Origin: Myxococcota bacterium
GTDB lineage: Bacteria > Myxococcota_A > SURF-8
Reading direction: 5' to 3'
Length of the DNA: 64,000 nt
NCBI GenBank assembly: GCA_965140415.1
Contig: OZ223209.1
Coordinates: 1,312,001-1,376,000, forward strand
The notes beneath the pieces were generated by a model. That model was given only the letters and a program-made list of their open reading frames with translations, made no database searches and had not been told where the DNA came from. The translations under genes and the position numbers were made by a program. This document shows positions 27,620-36,656 of this stretch, piece after piece; the stretch's first letter is position 1, and every line of letters starts with the position of its first letter.

Positions 27620-28429
27620 GTGGGCAGCGAACATCCGGCTGCGCTGTACGCCCGTCGTCACTGGATGGGCGAACGCAGCCGGGCGCTGGGGGCGCGTGTG
27701 CGGGATCTGTTGGAACTGCGCCGTCAGGATCAGCACAAAGATGGCTCCTTCGGTGATCTGCGGGTGACGATTGAACGCCTGTTCGAATTGCTGCTTTTGG
27801 ATGCCGGTCATACGGAGATGGCGCAGCAGGGTGTGAATTTCCTTATGGAATTGCGCAATCCTACCCGCATCGACTCCCAACCCAAAAGCGGAGCAACACA
27901 ACACCTGTTTTTGCAGGTGCATTCCGCCGACCGACGCAGCCTGGTCGATCTGAATTCCTGTCCTTTCATTCATGGGGATGCGGGCCTGCTAAAAAGCAGC
28001 GCGGCCTTGTTTTTTGCGTCGCATTTCGGGCGCGTCTCGGATCTGCGAGTGGTACTGGCGTTCAAGGATTTGGATGCCTTGGCCAAGCAGGGCGATCCGC
28101 TCTGGTGTGCCCCGAGTTGCGCGGTCAATGTGCTGCAAGCCTATGCGGCACATCCCAAATGGCGGCGGGGTCGTTTGGCCTGGCGGGTGTCGGACTGGTT
28201 TCGCACCCAGCAAAGCGACAATGGCCGCTGGAAGGCGGGGATTCCCTTTCTACGAAGCCTGTGGGCCTTGTCGCACATTCCCGGTCGTCCGGCCCGGGAC
28301 ATCCTGCACAAAGCGACGCCTTCGTTAGTGCGGTCTCAACGTGAGGACGGTGCCTGGGGGCGCAAATATGCGGAGTTCAACACCTGGCTGGCGCTGTCGA
28401 TCATGAAGCGCGAAGGGATGATTCCGTAA
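27620..28429 (+). CDS. Hypothetical protein with QW (prenyltransferase/squalene-cyclase-type) repeats; start uncertain
   Basis: QQSDNGRW and QREDGAW motifs. Confidence 0.6.
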   Translation: MGSEHPAALYARRHWMGERSRALGARVRDLLELRRQDQHKDGSFGDLRVTIERLFELLLLDAGHTEMAQQGVNFLMELRNPTRIDSQPKSGATQHLFLQVHSADRRSLVDLNSCPFIHGDAGLLKSSAALFFASHFGRVSDLRVVLAFKDLDALAKQGDPLWCAPSCAVNVLQAYAAHPKWRRGRLAWRVSDWFRTQQSDNGRWKAGIPFLRSLWALSHIPGRPARDILHKATPSLVRSQREDGAWGRKYAEFNTWLALSIMKREGMIP

Positions 28430-28467
28430 AGGGGAGGGGAGAACAAGACTAAAAGCAGAGAAACACT

Positions 28468-29031
28468 TCAAATATCAGAAATCCATAGTTTTAAGTCTTT
28501 AAGAGGAGGTAGTTTCACAGGAATAGTTTCTACGCAATAGGGTAAAGGAGGGGAAATTTCTGTAACTTTGTCAATAGGGTGATCTAACAAATTACGATCT
28601 TTAGTGATCATGATAGCCAATTTTAAGTATCGTCGTAACAATAATATGGGCGGAAATTCTTTTCTTTTGTTTGCATACCAAACAATTAAATCAGAAGAAC
28701 CTTTTGAGCTATTACAATGCTTACAAGCAAATACCATATTGTCAGCACTATCAGGTCCCCCATTATGTTTCGGAATCAGGTGGTCGATCGAAATGTTCTC
28801 TTTTGATCCGCAATAACAGCAGGTGCCTGGCGATATGTATTTTAGTTGTTCATCTTTCAATACTGACGAAATAGACATATTTCCTTCGCTAAGCCCCTTG
28901 AAAAGCTTCGCACGGATCATGTGGTGAGTTTTACTAAAAGATTTTGCACTTTCTTTCAATGCAGCATCCGCACGACCCATATTTGCGTATGCCCAGTAAA
29001 GACGAGAACCAATGGTCTTGAATTCTTTCAT
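28468..29031 (-). CDS. HNH endonuclease (AT-rich)
   Basis: CCYCG...IDHLIP...GG...NMVFACKHCNSSKG; ATG at 29031 follows GGGGGAG. Confidence 0.88.
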   Translation of the reverse strand: MKEFKTIGSRLYWAYANMGRADAALKESAKSFSKTHHMIRAKLFKGLSEGNMSISSVLKDEQLKYISPGTCCYCGSKENISIDHLIPKHNGGPDSADNMVFACKHCNSSKGSSDLIVWYANKRKEFPPILLLRRYLKLAIMITKDRNLLDHPIDKVTEISPPLPYCVETIPVKLPPLKDLKLWISDI

Positions 29032-29057
29032 CTCCCCCTGTCTTCTTATGCTTTTTT

Positions 29058-30065
29058 CTAGAACGTAAACCGTGTGTCGAGCGTCATACCCCATTGTTCG
29101 CGGCGGTCGCGTTGTGTCACGGCCACGAAGAAGCCCAGTCCACCCTCGTAGAAACCTACGTTCCAGTGGTAGCCGCCGCCGATATTCAACAGGTGATTGG
29201 CGTAATACCGGAGATCGACCTGGTCTTTTAGCGAGGTGATACCGGCCTGATTGCGCAGGATCTGGCGGATGTCCTCTTTGCGCTGAGAATCCATGGTGTG
29301 GAAATAGTAGGTGTCTTCGATCTGGATGCCCAGGAAATGCACTCCGACGATGCGGAACAGCAGGTTCAGGCGTGCATACGCGCCGTGCACCAGCTTGCGG
29401 TCTTCTTTGACATCCTCGCCTGCGGCGGTGGTGTCTGAGCCGATGGCCTGTGGGTCTACTACGTTGAACAAGTAGGCGGCATCCAGTTCCATACCGAACC
29501 ATTGTGCTAGATTGAAGTAAAACTGCAAACCGGGGTTCAACTCGTATACCTGGCCTTCGCGGTAGCTCTTGGAAAGCGGAATCTCGAAGTCGATGGCGAA
29601 GGAACCCCAGAACATGTCGGTGTTTAGGAAACGGTATTTGGGAGTCAGACCGATGGTGACCTGGGTCGCCTGGAAGTTGCTGCTTTCAACGGCTTCGCCG
29701 CCGCAGATCGTGCTGTCGTAGCTGTCCTGAACGACGGTGGTGCCATCGCTACAGCGATATGTCACGACTTTTTGCCGGGTGCTGCTTAAATTGGTCTTCA
29801 ATTCGAAGGAAAACGAGTCTTCCATGGCCAATTCCAACGAAAAAATCCCACCGAATGTCGGTTTGGCGATGTTTTCCACTTCGCCGTATTCATTGAACAG
29901 GCTGAAGCGGACCGCATTTTCTACGCGGGCATTGGGAGCCGAGCCGAAAGGCGGGGCATACATGGAGTTAAAGGTCTGTTTTTCCTTGGCCTGTGCCGGA
30001 AACGAGAGCAACAGTAGGACGCAGGCGCATAGCAGCGAAACGCTAGCCAAAGGCTTTCTGACCAT
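29058..30065 (-). CDS. Putative outer-membrane beta-barrel protein
   Basis: Signal peptide (...PAQA), alternating beta-strand pattern, C-terminal LDTRFTF. Confidence 0.65.
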   Translation of the reverse strand: MVRKPLASVSLLCACVLLLLSFPAQAKEKQTFNSMYAPPFGSAPNARVENAVRFSLFNEYGEVENIAKPTFGGIFSLELAMEDSFSFELKTNLSSTRQKVVTYRCSDGTTVVQDSYDSTICGGEAVESSNFQATQVTIGLTPKYRFLNTDMFWGSFAIDFEIPLSKSYREGQVYELNPGLQFYFNLAQWFGMELDAAYLFNVVDPQAIGSDTTAAGEDVKEDRKLVHGAYARLNLLFRIVGVHFLGIQIEDTYYFHTMDSQRKEDIRQILRNQAGITSLKDQVDLRYYANHLLNIGGGYHWNVGFYEGGLGFFVAVTQRDRREQWGMTLDTRFTF

Positions 30066-30208
30066 CTTCGATCTCCCATCACTGAGGTCTTTTACAGAGG
30101 GTTGCAACATCATTGCATGTGAGCCCACTACCTATCCCATTTCCCTGTTAGTGTCAAGATTTTTCTTGAATGACGGGTAGTTACCGCATGTTGGGGCCGA
30201 CAAAAAGC

Positions 30209-30238
30209 TTGACAGTGGAGCCTTATTAGTGCTATGAA
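30209..30238 (+). promoter_or_regulatory. Sigma70-like promoter
   Basis: TTGACA-N18-TATGAA with an extended TG. Confidence 0.45.
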
Positions 30239-30314
30239 TCCGACCTGAATCCATAGCCGCGTTGAAGACGATCAACCCGGTGCATGCACAATCACCGGTC
30301 ATAGGGAGGCCTAG

Positions 30315-32435
30315 ATGAAAGGGTGTTTCACGTGGTGCGTCACGGTTTTTGCGATGTTGCTGCTGGCTGCTCCGTTGTGGGCGCAAACGCAGGCGGATCA
30401 AACCGAACCGTCGCCGACGGCTGAAAGTCCGGCAACTGCACAACAGGATGCTCAACCTGTTGAAACTACGCAAGAAACTTCACCTACTGCCGAAGCTCCG
30501 GCAGTAACTGAGACTCCGGCTGAAACTCCGGCTGCTGCTGAGCCCCCGGCTGAAACGCCAGCCGTTACGGAGAAGCCGGTTACGGCACCGCCTCCCGCGC
30601 CAGTGCCTCCGCCTCAGCCCGAACCCGAAGTCAAAGCGGAAGAAATCGGTGAACTGGAAAGCATCGACAGTTTGGAAGAACTGGAAGAGCTGGAGCAACT
30701 TGAAAAGCTGGACGAGGCCGAACTGGCGGAAAAAGAGCAGCTTAAGTTCTTTGAATTAAACGGCTATTATCGTTTGCGAGCCGACCTGTTCCACAACCTG
30801 GACATCGGTGTATTCAACGATCTGCGTCCCCTGGGCGACATCGACACCCTTAACAGCAGCAAAGACAAGCGCAAGGACAACACCATCGGCACCGCCAACA
30901 TGCGTCTGCGCTTGAGCCCGACTTTGAATGTCAGCGAAGACATCAAAATCATGATGGATATCGACATTCTGGACAATGTCGTACTCGGTTCCACCCCCGA
31001 CACCTACCTGCGTGGCGGTCCTGGTGCGATGGCTCCCGGCATCAGCGGCTTTTCCTCCTCGCAGGTCGTGCCGCGCGCGGGTGCAAACTCCGATGTGGAT
31101 TCCATTCAGGTGCGGCGCGTCTGGGCTGAAGTGCGTACGCCTTTCGGTCTGTTGAAATTCGGTCGTATGCCCTCGCATTGGGGTACCGGAATGTTCATCA
31201 ACGACGGCAACAGCATCGACAGCGACTACGGCGACACGGTGGACCGCATTCTCTTCGGCACCAAGTTGTTCGAGCATGTGCTCTTTGCCGGAATGGACTT
31301 CGTGAACGAAGGCGTCACCAACGACACCACCTTCGAGTACGGCGGCCAGGACGTAGACGCCACCCAGTTGGACGATGTGCAGCAGGTGGTTTTCGGTTTC
31401 GCACGCAAGCACAGCGATGCCGAAGCACAGGAGATGATCGAGAACATGGACGTGGTTATCGATTACGGCTTTTACAACGTCGTGCGCTGGCAGTCTTATG
31501 CGCTGGAGCAGTCGACGATCGGCAGCAGCGAAATTCCCTACGGCTACACGGCGGCGGGCGATTTCGAGTCGCGCATCAACAAACTGCGTCCCAACCTGAT
31601 CGAGCGCAACCTGCGCATGTGGATCGGCGATCTGTGGTTCAAACTGCTTTACGAAAACTTCCACCTGGAAGCGGAAGGCATTTGGATCATCGGTTCGATC
31701 GGCGATGCCGCTAAAGATGCTGCCGAGCAGATTTCCATGCGCGGCAAAGGTCTGAGCGACAACTCGCTGGATATCAACCAGTGGGGTTACGTGCTCAAAC
31801 TGGATTACACCTTCATGGACGACACGCTGTTCATCGGCCTGGAGCATGGTATCGCCAGTGGCGATCCGGCCCCTGGTTTCGGTGTGTATCCTTACGAAGA
31901 GAAGCAGTTCAGCGACGAAGCCTACCGCCGCACGGCGAATGGCCCGTTGAAGGAAGACCGCGCCGTTACCAACCTGCGCTTCGACCCGGACTATCACATC
32001 GATATGATCCTGTGGCGCGAGATCATCGGCACGATCACCGACGCCATTTACGTCAAGCCGACCTTGCAGTACAACATTACGCCGTCCATCGGTGCGCGCC
32101 TGGACGCCATTTTCTCCTGGGCCTACGAAGCGGACTCCACGCCGTCTTACGATCACAAGAAATACGAAACTTGGTCGGACTTCACCAACAATCCCAACGA
32201 GCCGACCAGCCGTCAGACTTCGCGCTGGCTGGGTGTGGAGTTGGATGTGGAAGTCTTCTACAAATCCTTCGACGGCTTCGGCACCGGGTTGGCCTACGGC
32301 GTCTTCTTCCCCGGTTCGGGCTTCGGTTACTGGGATCCCAGCTACGTGCAGGACGACGGCACGACGATGCCGACCTGGTTCAATGCTCCCAACGTGGCGC
32401 AGACCCTGCAATGGCGGCTGTCCATCGAGTTCTAA
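30315..32435 (+). CDS. TIGR04551-like outer-membrane beta-barrel protein
   Basis: Signal peptide and Pro/Ala/Glu linker, then GYYRLRADLFHNLD, ANMRLRLxPTLNVSE, DILDNVVLGSTPD, FGRMPSHWG, FDPDYHIDMILWREI; terminal Phe. Confidence 0.85.
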   Translation: MKGCFTWCVTVFAMLLLAAPLWAQTQADQTEPSPTAESPATAQQDAQPVETTQETSPTAEAPAVTETPAETPAAAEPPAETPAVTEKPVTAPPPAPVPPPQPEPEVKAEEIGELESIDSLEELEELEQLEKLDEAELAEKEQLKFFELNGYYRLRADLFHNLDIGVFNDLRPLGDIDTLNSSKDKRKDNTIGTANMRLRLSPTLNVSEDIKIMMDIDILDNVVLGSTPDTYLRGGPGAMAPGISGFSSSQVVPRAGANSDVDSIQVRRVWAEVRTPFGLLKFGRMPSHWGTGMFINDGNSIDSDYGDTVDRILFGTKLFEHVLFAGMDFVNEGVTNDTTFEYGGQDVDATQLDDVQQVVFGFARKHSDAEAQEMIENMDVVIDYGFYNVVRWQSYALEQSTIGSSEIPYGYTAAGDFESRINKLRPNLIERNLRMWIGDLWFKLLYENFHLEAEGIWIIGSIGDAAKDAAEQISMRGKGLSDNSLDINQWGYVLKLDYTFMDDTLFIGLEHGIASGDPAPGFGVYPYEEKQFSDEAYRRTANGPLKEDRAVTNLRFDPDYHIDMILWREIIGTITDAIYVKPTLQYNITPSIGARLDAIFSWAYEADSTPSYDHKKYETWSDFTNNPNEPTSRQTSRWLGVELDVEVFYKSFDGFGTGLAYGVFFPGSGFGYWDPSYVQDDGTTMPTWFNAPNVAQTLQWRLSIEF

Positions 32436-32466
32436 GCCGCACTTCTACAATCCGACATGCTTTCCC

Positions 32467-32493
32467 AACGGGCGCAACAAGCGCCCGTTTTTT
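32467..32493 (+). terminator. Rho-independent terminator
   Basis: AACGGGCGC-aacaa-GCGCCCGTT followed by TTTT. Confidence 0.85.
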
Positions 32494-32717
32494 CGTGTGG
32501 GGGGAGGGGGTATATTTTAAACGAAAAGGGGTCGGTTGGATGAATTCACCCAACACTATATGATGGTTCAAGGCTCCTGTCTTGAACCATTGGTTTGTCT
32601 TGACAAAATGAAGATAAAAGAGAGGACAGGAAGGGAGCCCTGGCCCAACGTTTATGCACTTGCACGTTTACGAGAACAAGTGGCCGATCTAAGAGAGTAA
32701 GTTTTCTCTCCCCCCCC

Positions 32718-34844
32718 TTACACCATTTCTTCCGTGGCGATGGTGGCGATGTCGGTGATACGGCGGTTGACGGTCAGCAGGGCGTCCATGATGCTCAGGT
32801 GGCCTTCGCTGGAAGTGACGGTATCGCTTAATCCCATATGCAGCCGTTCCACGTGCGCGGCGCGCAGCTTGCGGGCGTACCATTCTTCCTCTTCCGCGCG
32901 CTCAAGCAGTTGCCTGATGCCGTCGAGTTTCATGTCGCGGGCGGAATCGAGCACGATATCCAGGCGCGAGATCACCCGTTCTAAGAAGCGCAGCAATTCT
33001 TCTTCGCCCTCTTCGGAGAAACGCAGTTTCTTGGCCGCCATCTTTTCCAGTGCGTGCAGCATGGATTTGGTGATGATGTCCCCGATGTTCTCCAGCGTAT
33101 CGGCGATATACAAAATAGCCCGCTCGCGCTTGGCCAAGGTTTCGTTCAGGTCCATGCGACCCACCTGCGCCAGAAACGGTCGGATGGCGCGCTCCAGGGT
33201 GTCGATTTCATCATCCTTGGCGGCTGTCATGTAAATGTCGTGTTCCTTCGGGTCCAGAATCAGGTTACCCACACTAACCAACTGACCGCGCACCAATTCG
33301 GCCATGCGCATGGTTTCGCGATAGGCCTGCTCAATTGCGATATCCGGGAAGGAGAGGGAGGACTCTTGCAGGTATTTCGGCTTGAACGGTTCCGGCTTCT
33401 CCAGGCTGGGAACGATTTGGACCGTCAGCCAGCGCAGCACATTGGTAAACGGCAGAAACAATAGCGCTGCAACCAGTGTGTATAGCGAGTAGCCGTTGGC
33501 GATCTGGCGCACGATGTCGGTGTCGCCGGTCCAGTTGCTGAACACGCGTGTAGCCGCGACCAGCGGGTCCAATAGCGGCAGCAGCACCAGCATCGACAAC
33601 ACGGAATAAATCAGGTGTCCCAGCGCAACCTGCTTGCCTTCCCGGTTCGATCCCAAACTGGCCAATACCGCCGTGGCGCAGGTGCCCACCGCACTGCCCA
33701 TTGCCAGCGGAATACAGGCTTCCAGCCCGAGCATCCCCTGTACCGCCAGGGCCATCGCCAAACCGATGGTGGCGCTGGAGCTTTGAATCACCGCCGTAAA
33801 GATGGTGGCAAAGCCGATCGCCAATAGCGGGCTGCCACCCAACTCGATCATCATGGCGGTGAATTCCGGTTCGGCGCGTAGCGGGCTCATGGCGGTGGAC
33901 ATGTAGCCCATTCCGAAAAAGAGGAAGCCGAAGCCGATCACCACCTTGCTGCTGCGCTTGACGAACTTGCTTTTGCTGAGCATTTTCAGCACGAGCCCCA
34001 AGCCGATAATCAATAGCGAATATTGGCTGATATTAAAGGAGATGATCTGCACGGTCAGGATCGTACCGACCTTGGCACCGATAATCACACCCATCGCCTG
34101 GCTTAGCGTCAACAGTGTGGCGCTGACCAGACCGACCAGCATGACGGTGCTGGCGCTGGAACTTTGCAGCAAAAAAGTGGCCAGTGCGCCTAGCAGCGCG
34201 CCGGACCACTGGTTGCGCGTCATGGTGCCCAATAGCTTCCGCATCTTGTCGCCTGCAATGCGTTGCAGGTTGCGTCCGGCAAGCTCCATGCCGAAAAGGA
34301 AAAGAGCCAAACCGCCGATCATGTTGATGATCAGTTTCAACAGCCAGTTGGAGGCCAGCACCTCGGCGTAAATGCTGGTACTGATGGTTTCGCCCTCATT
34401 GGTAGCCGTACAGGCTCGCACCACGCAGGGGCCTTTGCCCTCGATTGCCATCAGCTTGGAGCGCGCCATGCCCTGCTGATCCGTAAGTGCGATCTTCGGG
34501 TTCAGAGTTGCTCCACCACCCGCTTTGCCTGGATCAAGTACGATATCGAAGCTTACTTTCGCCTTGGGGAGAGGTTTGCCGTCTTGCAGCACCTGAACGG
34601 TAAGAAGCTGTGCTTCTTCGCTTCCCTGAACGAGTCGAAGCTGGTCCGTTCCGGGAGCATAGGACAAATTACGGATCTGTACCTTGGCCGGGGGAGCTTG
34701 TTGCGTAATTTCAGGATGATCCTGAACCGGAGCAATGGCCCGACTGCTTGCAATCGGGAATCCCCCCAATATCATCATGCAAGCAATCGCTACGGCGATT
34801 GCCAGTCGATGCGATGCGTTTCGATTGCGATCCGATAGAAACAT
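32718..34844 (-). CDS. Na+/Pi cotransporter family protein with PhoU-like C-terminus and N-terminal Ig-like extension
   Basis: GGLALFLFGM, two QSSSA repeats, helical PhoU-like tail. Confidence 0.92.
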   Translation of the reverse strand: MFLSDRNRNASHRLAIAVAIACMMILGGFPIASSRAIAPVQDHPEITQQAPPAKVQIRNLSYAPGTDQLRLVQGSEEAQLLTVQVLQDGKPLPKAKVSFDIVLDPGKAGGGATLNPKIALTDQQGMARSKLMAIEGKGPCVVRACTATNEGETISTSIYAEVLASNWLLKLIINMIGGLALFLFGMELAGRNLQRIAGDKMRKLLGTMTRNQWSGALLGALATFLLQSSSASTVMLVGLVSATLLTLSQAMGVIIGAKVGTILTVQIISFNISQYSLLIIGLGLVLKMLSKSKFVKRSSKVVIGFGFLFFGMGYMSTAMSPLRAEPEFTAMMIELGGSPLLAIGFATIFTAVIQSSSATIGLAMALAVQGMLGLEACIPLAMGSAVGTCATAVLASLGSNREGKQVALGHLIYSVLSMLVLLPLLDPLVAATRVFSNWTGDTDIVRQIANGYSLYTLVAALLFLPFTNVLRWLTVQIVPSLEKPEPFKPKYLQESSLSFPDIAIEQAYRETMRMAELVRGQLVSVGNLILDPKEHDIYMTAAKDDEIDTLERAIRPFLAQVGRMDLNETLAKRERAILYIADTLENIGDIITKSMLHALEKMAAKKLRFSEEGEEELLRFLERVISRLDIVLDSARDMKLDGIRQLLERAEEEEWYARKLRAAHVERLHMGLSDTVTSSEGHLSIMDALLTVNRRITDIATIATEEMV

Positions 34845-34913
34845 TATTCTCTGCCTGCCGCCAAACCGCAGCTTTTCGTTACTCGCTAGATGATCGAGTC
34901 GGACTTGCTGCGC

Positions 34914-36164
34914 TTATTGTACGAAGCGTTGTGCCAGGTTGAGCAGCACGCAAACTGCCTGTGCCATTACGCGGGTCGAGACCCACTCGCGGGGACCGTG
35001 GAAGTTTACGCCGCCAGCGAAAATGTTCGGGCAGGGCAGCCCCTTTTCCGTCAGCACGGAACCGTCGGTGCCACCACGAATGGGAACGAGGTTCGGCTCG
35101 ATATCGGCGTCCTTCACCGCCTGAATCAGCCGTTCGGTGACTTTGGGTTTTTCCTGTAGCCACAGACCCATGTTGCGATAGGTTTCCGAAATCGTCACTT
35201 CGGTCTTCAAACGCGGCTCTTCGGCGTTGATCTCGGCGACAAGTTTCTTCAAGCGTTCTCCTCGCTGGGCGAGTTGATCCGGATCGAAGTCGCGCAGGAT
35301 CATCGACACCGTGGCCTCCGATGCGCCACCCTCCACGCCGGTCGGATGGTAAAAGCCTTCTCGCCCTTCGGTGCCTTCCGGGCTCTCCTCGTTCGGCAGC
35401 CGGTCCAGTAGTTTACCTGCATAGCGCAGCGCATTGACTAGTTTCCCTTTGGCGTAGCCGGGATGCACCATGACACCGGTAAAGGACACGCTGGCGGCAT
35501 CGGCGCAGAAGGTCTCGCTATTGACTTCACCACTGAAACTGCCATCCACCGTGTACGCCAGTTCCGCGCCGAAGCGCTTCAAGTCGAACAGGCTGGCACC
35601 TTGCCCGATTTCTTCATCGGGAGTAAATCCGATGCGCAAGGTCGGGCGTTTGATTTCAGGGTTTTGTTGCAAGATGTGAATGGCCGCCAGGATTTCTGCG
35701 ATACCGGCTTTGTCATCCGCACCCAATAACGTGGTGCCGTCCGCCGTGATGATCGTATCGCCTTTGCAGGACAATAATTCCTTGGACTGCTCCGGCGAAA
35801 TCACGACGTCGTTTTTCAGTTCCAGATCCTGTCCCTGGTAATTTTCGTGCAAAATCGGCTGGATGTTTTCACCGCTGAAATCCGGTGCCGTATCGATATG
35901 TGCGAGCAGACCGATTGTGGGAGCCGAATCGACATTACCCGGCAGGCTTGCAAATAAATAGCCGTTTTCATCCAATTCCACATCGGTCAGTCCCATTTCC
36001 AGCAACTTGTCTTTCAGTCGCTTCAGCGCGTCTATCTGACGGCTACTGGAAGGATGCGTTTCCGATTTCGGATCGGAGGTGGTGTGCTGGCGCACCAGCC
36101 ATAAGAAAGTATCCACCAGCGGCGTCTGTTCTAAAATCATAGCAGGGTCGTTGAAAGTCTTCAT
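34914..36164 (-). CDS. pepT: Peptidase T (M20B tripeptidase)
   Basis: AHIDT, DGTTLLGADDKAG, FTPDEEIG, HPGYAK, PIRGGTDG, PCPNIFAGGxNFH. Confidence 0.95.
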   Translation of the reverse strand: MKTFNDPAMILEQTPLVDTFLWLVRQHTTSDPKSETHPSSSRQIDALKRLKDKLLEMGLTDVELDENGYLFASLPGNVDSAPTIGLLAHIDTAPDFSGENIQPILHENYQGQDLELKNDVVISPEQSKELLSCKGDTIITADGTTLLGADDKAGIAEILAAIHILQQNPEIKRPTLRIGFTPDEEIGQGASLFDLKRFGAELAYTVDGSFSGEVNSETFCADAASVSFTGVMVHPGYAKGKLVNALRYAGKLLDRLPNEESPEGTEGREGFYHPTGVEGGASEATVSMILRDFDPDQLAQRGERLKKLVAEINAEEPRLKTEVTISETYRNMGLWLQEKPKVTERLIQAVKDADIEPNLVPIRGGTDGSVLTEKGLPCPNIFAGGVNFHGPREWVSTRVMAQAVCVLLNLAQRFVQ

Positions 36165-36235
36165 CCTCGTACACTCCTTACCATCAGGCAATTTGTTCGA
36201 TCGTGTATTTCATCGTTCCCAAATCGCAGTTTGTT

Positions 36236-36580
36236 CTAACTACTGTTTTTAAGAAGCACCTTGACCAAGTTGGTGGCAATGGGATGCGTAACCGTGTAGT
36301 GCATCGTGTTGCCCTTTCGCGAACCGGTTACGACTCCCCGGCTGCGCAGAATACCCAAATGCTGCGAAACCGTCGTCTGTGGAATGCCAAGCGAACTCCA
36401 AAGCTCTTTTACCGTTGCACTCTTCTCCTGTAGCATGACAATCAGTTGCAGCCGCAGAGGATGAGCGAGAACTTTAAGCAGATCCGCTTCCAGGGTGAAA
36501 CGGTTGGTTGCGTTGTATGGTTGGGATTTCGGGGACACGAAACCTCCTTGTGATTCCGGCGGGCTGCTTTGATATGTCAA
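36236..36580 (-). CDS. ArsR/SmtB-family transcriptional regulator
   Basis: LKVLAHPLRLQL...VSQHLGILR...G...Y; start uncertain. Confidence 0.9.
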   Translation of the reverse strand: MTYQSSPPESQGGFVSPKSQPYNATNRFTLEADLLKVLAHPLRLQLIVMLQEKSATVKELWSSLGIPQTTVSQHLGILRSRGVVTGSRKGNTMHYTVTHPIATNLVKVLLKNSS

Positions 36581-36656
36581 AGCGATGCCCGAGCCTCATC
36601 AGTATACGCAAGGGGCGGTGTTTCTGGCAAATTATTATAGGAGTTTTACAGGCTTT

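Noticed and set aside
29032-29502. N-terminal extension of the HNH ORF (344-aa call)
   Set aside because: It overlaps the OMP gene in another frame; the SD, the ATG and the composition shift all point to a start at 29031.
30756-32411. Long antisense ORFs (also 3139-4851 and 49967-51250)
   Set aside because: They lie opposite well-supported genes and are expected from GC-biased codon usage.
32563-32645. 6S RNA or SRP RNA
   Set aside because: The CTTGAACC and GGTTCAAG words are in the reverse order from 6S, and the SRP CAGG..GGAA..AGCAG core is incomplete. Kept only as an unassigned structured region.
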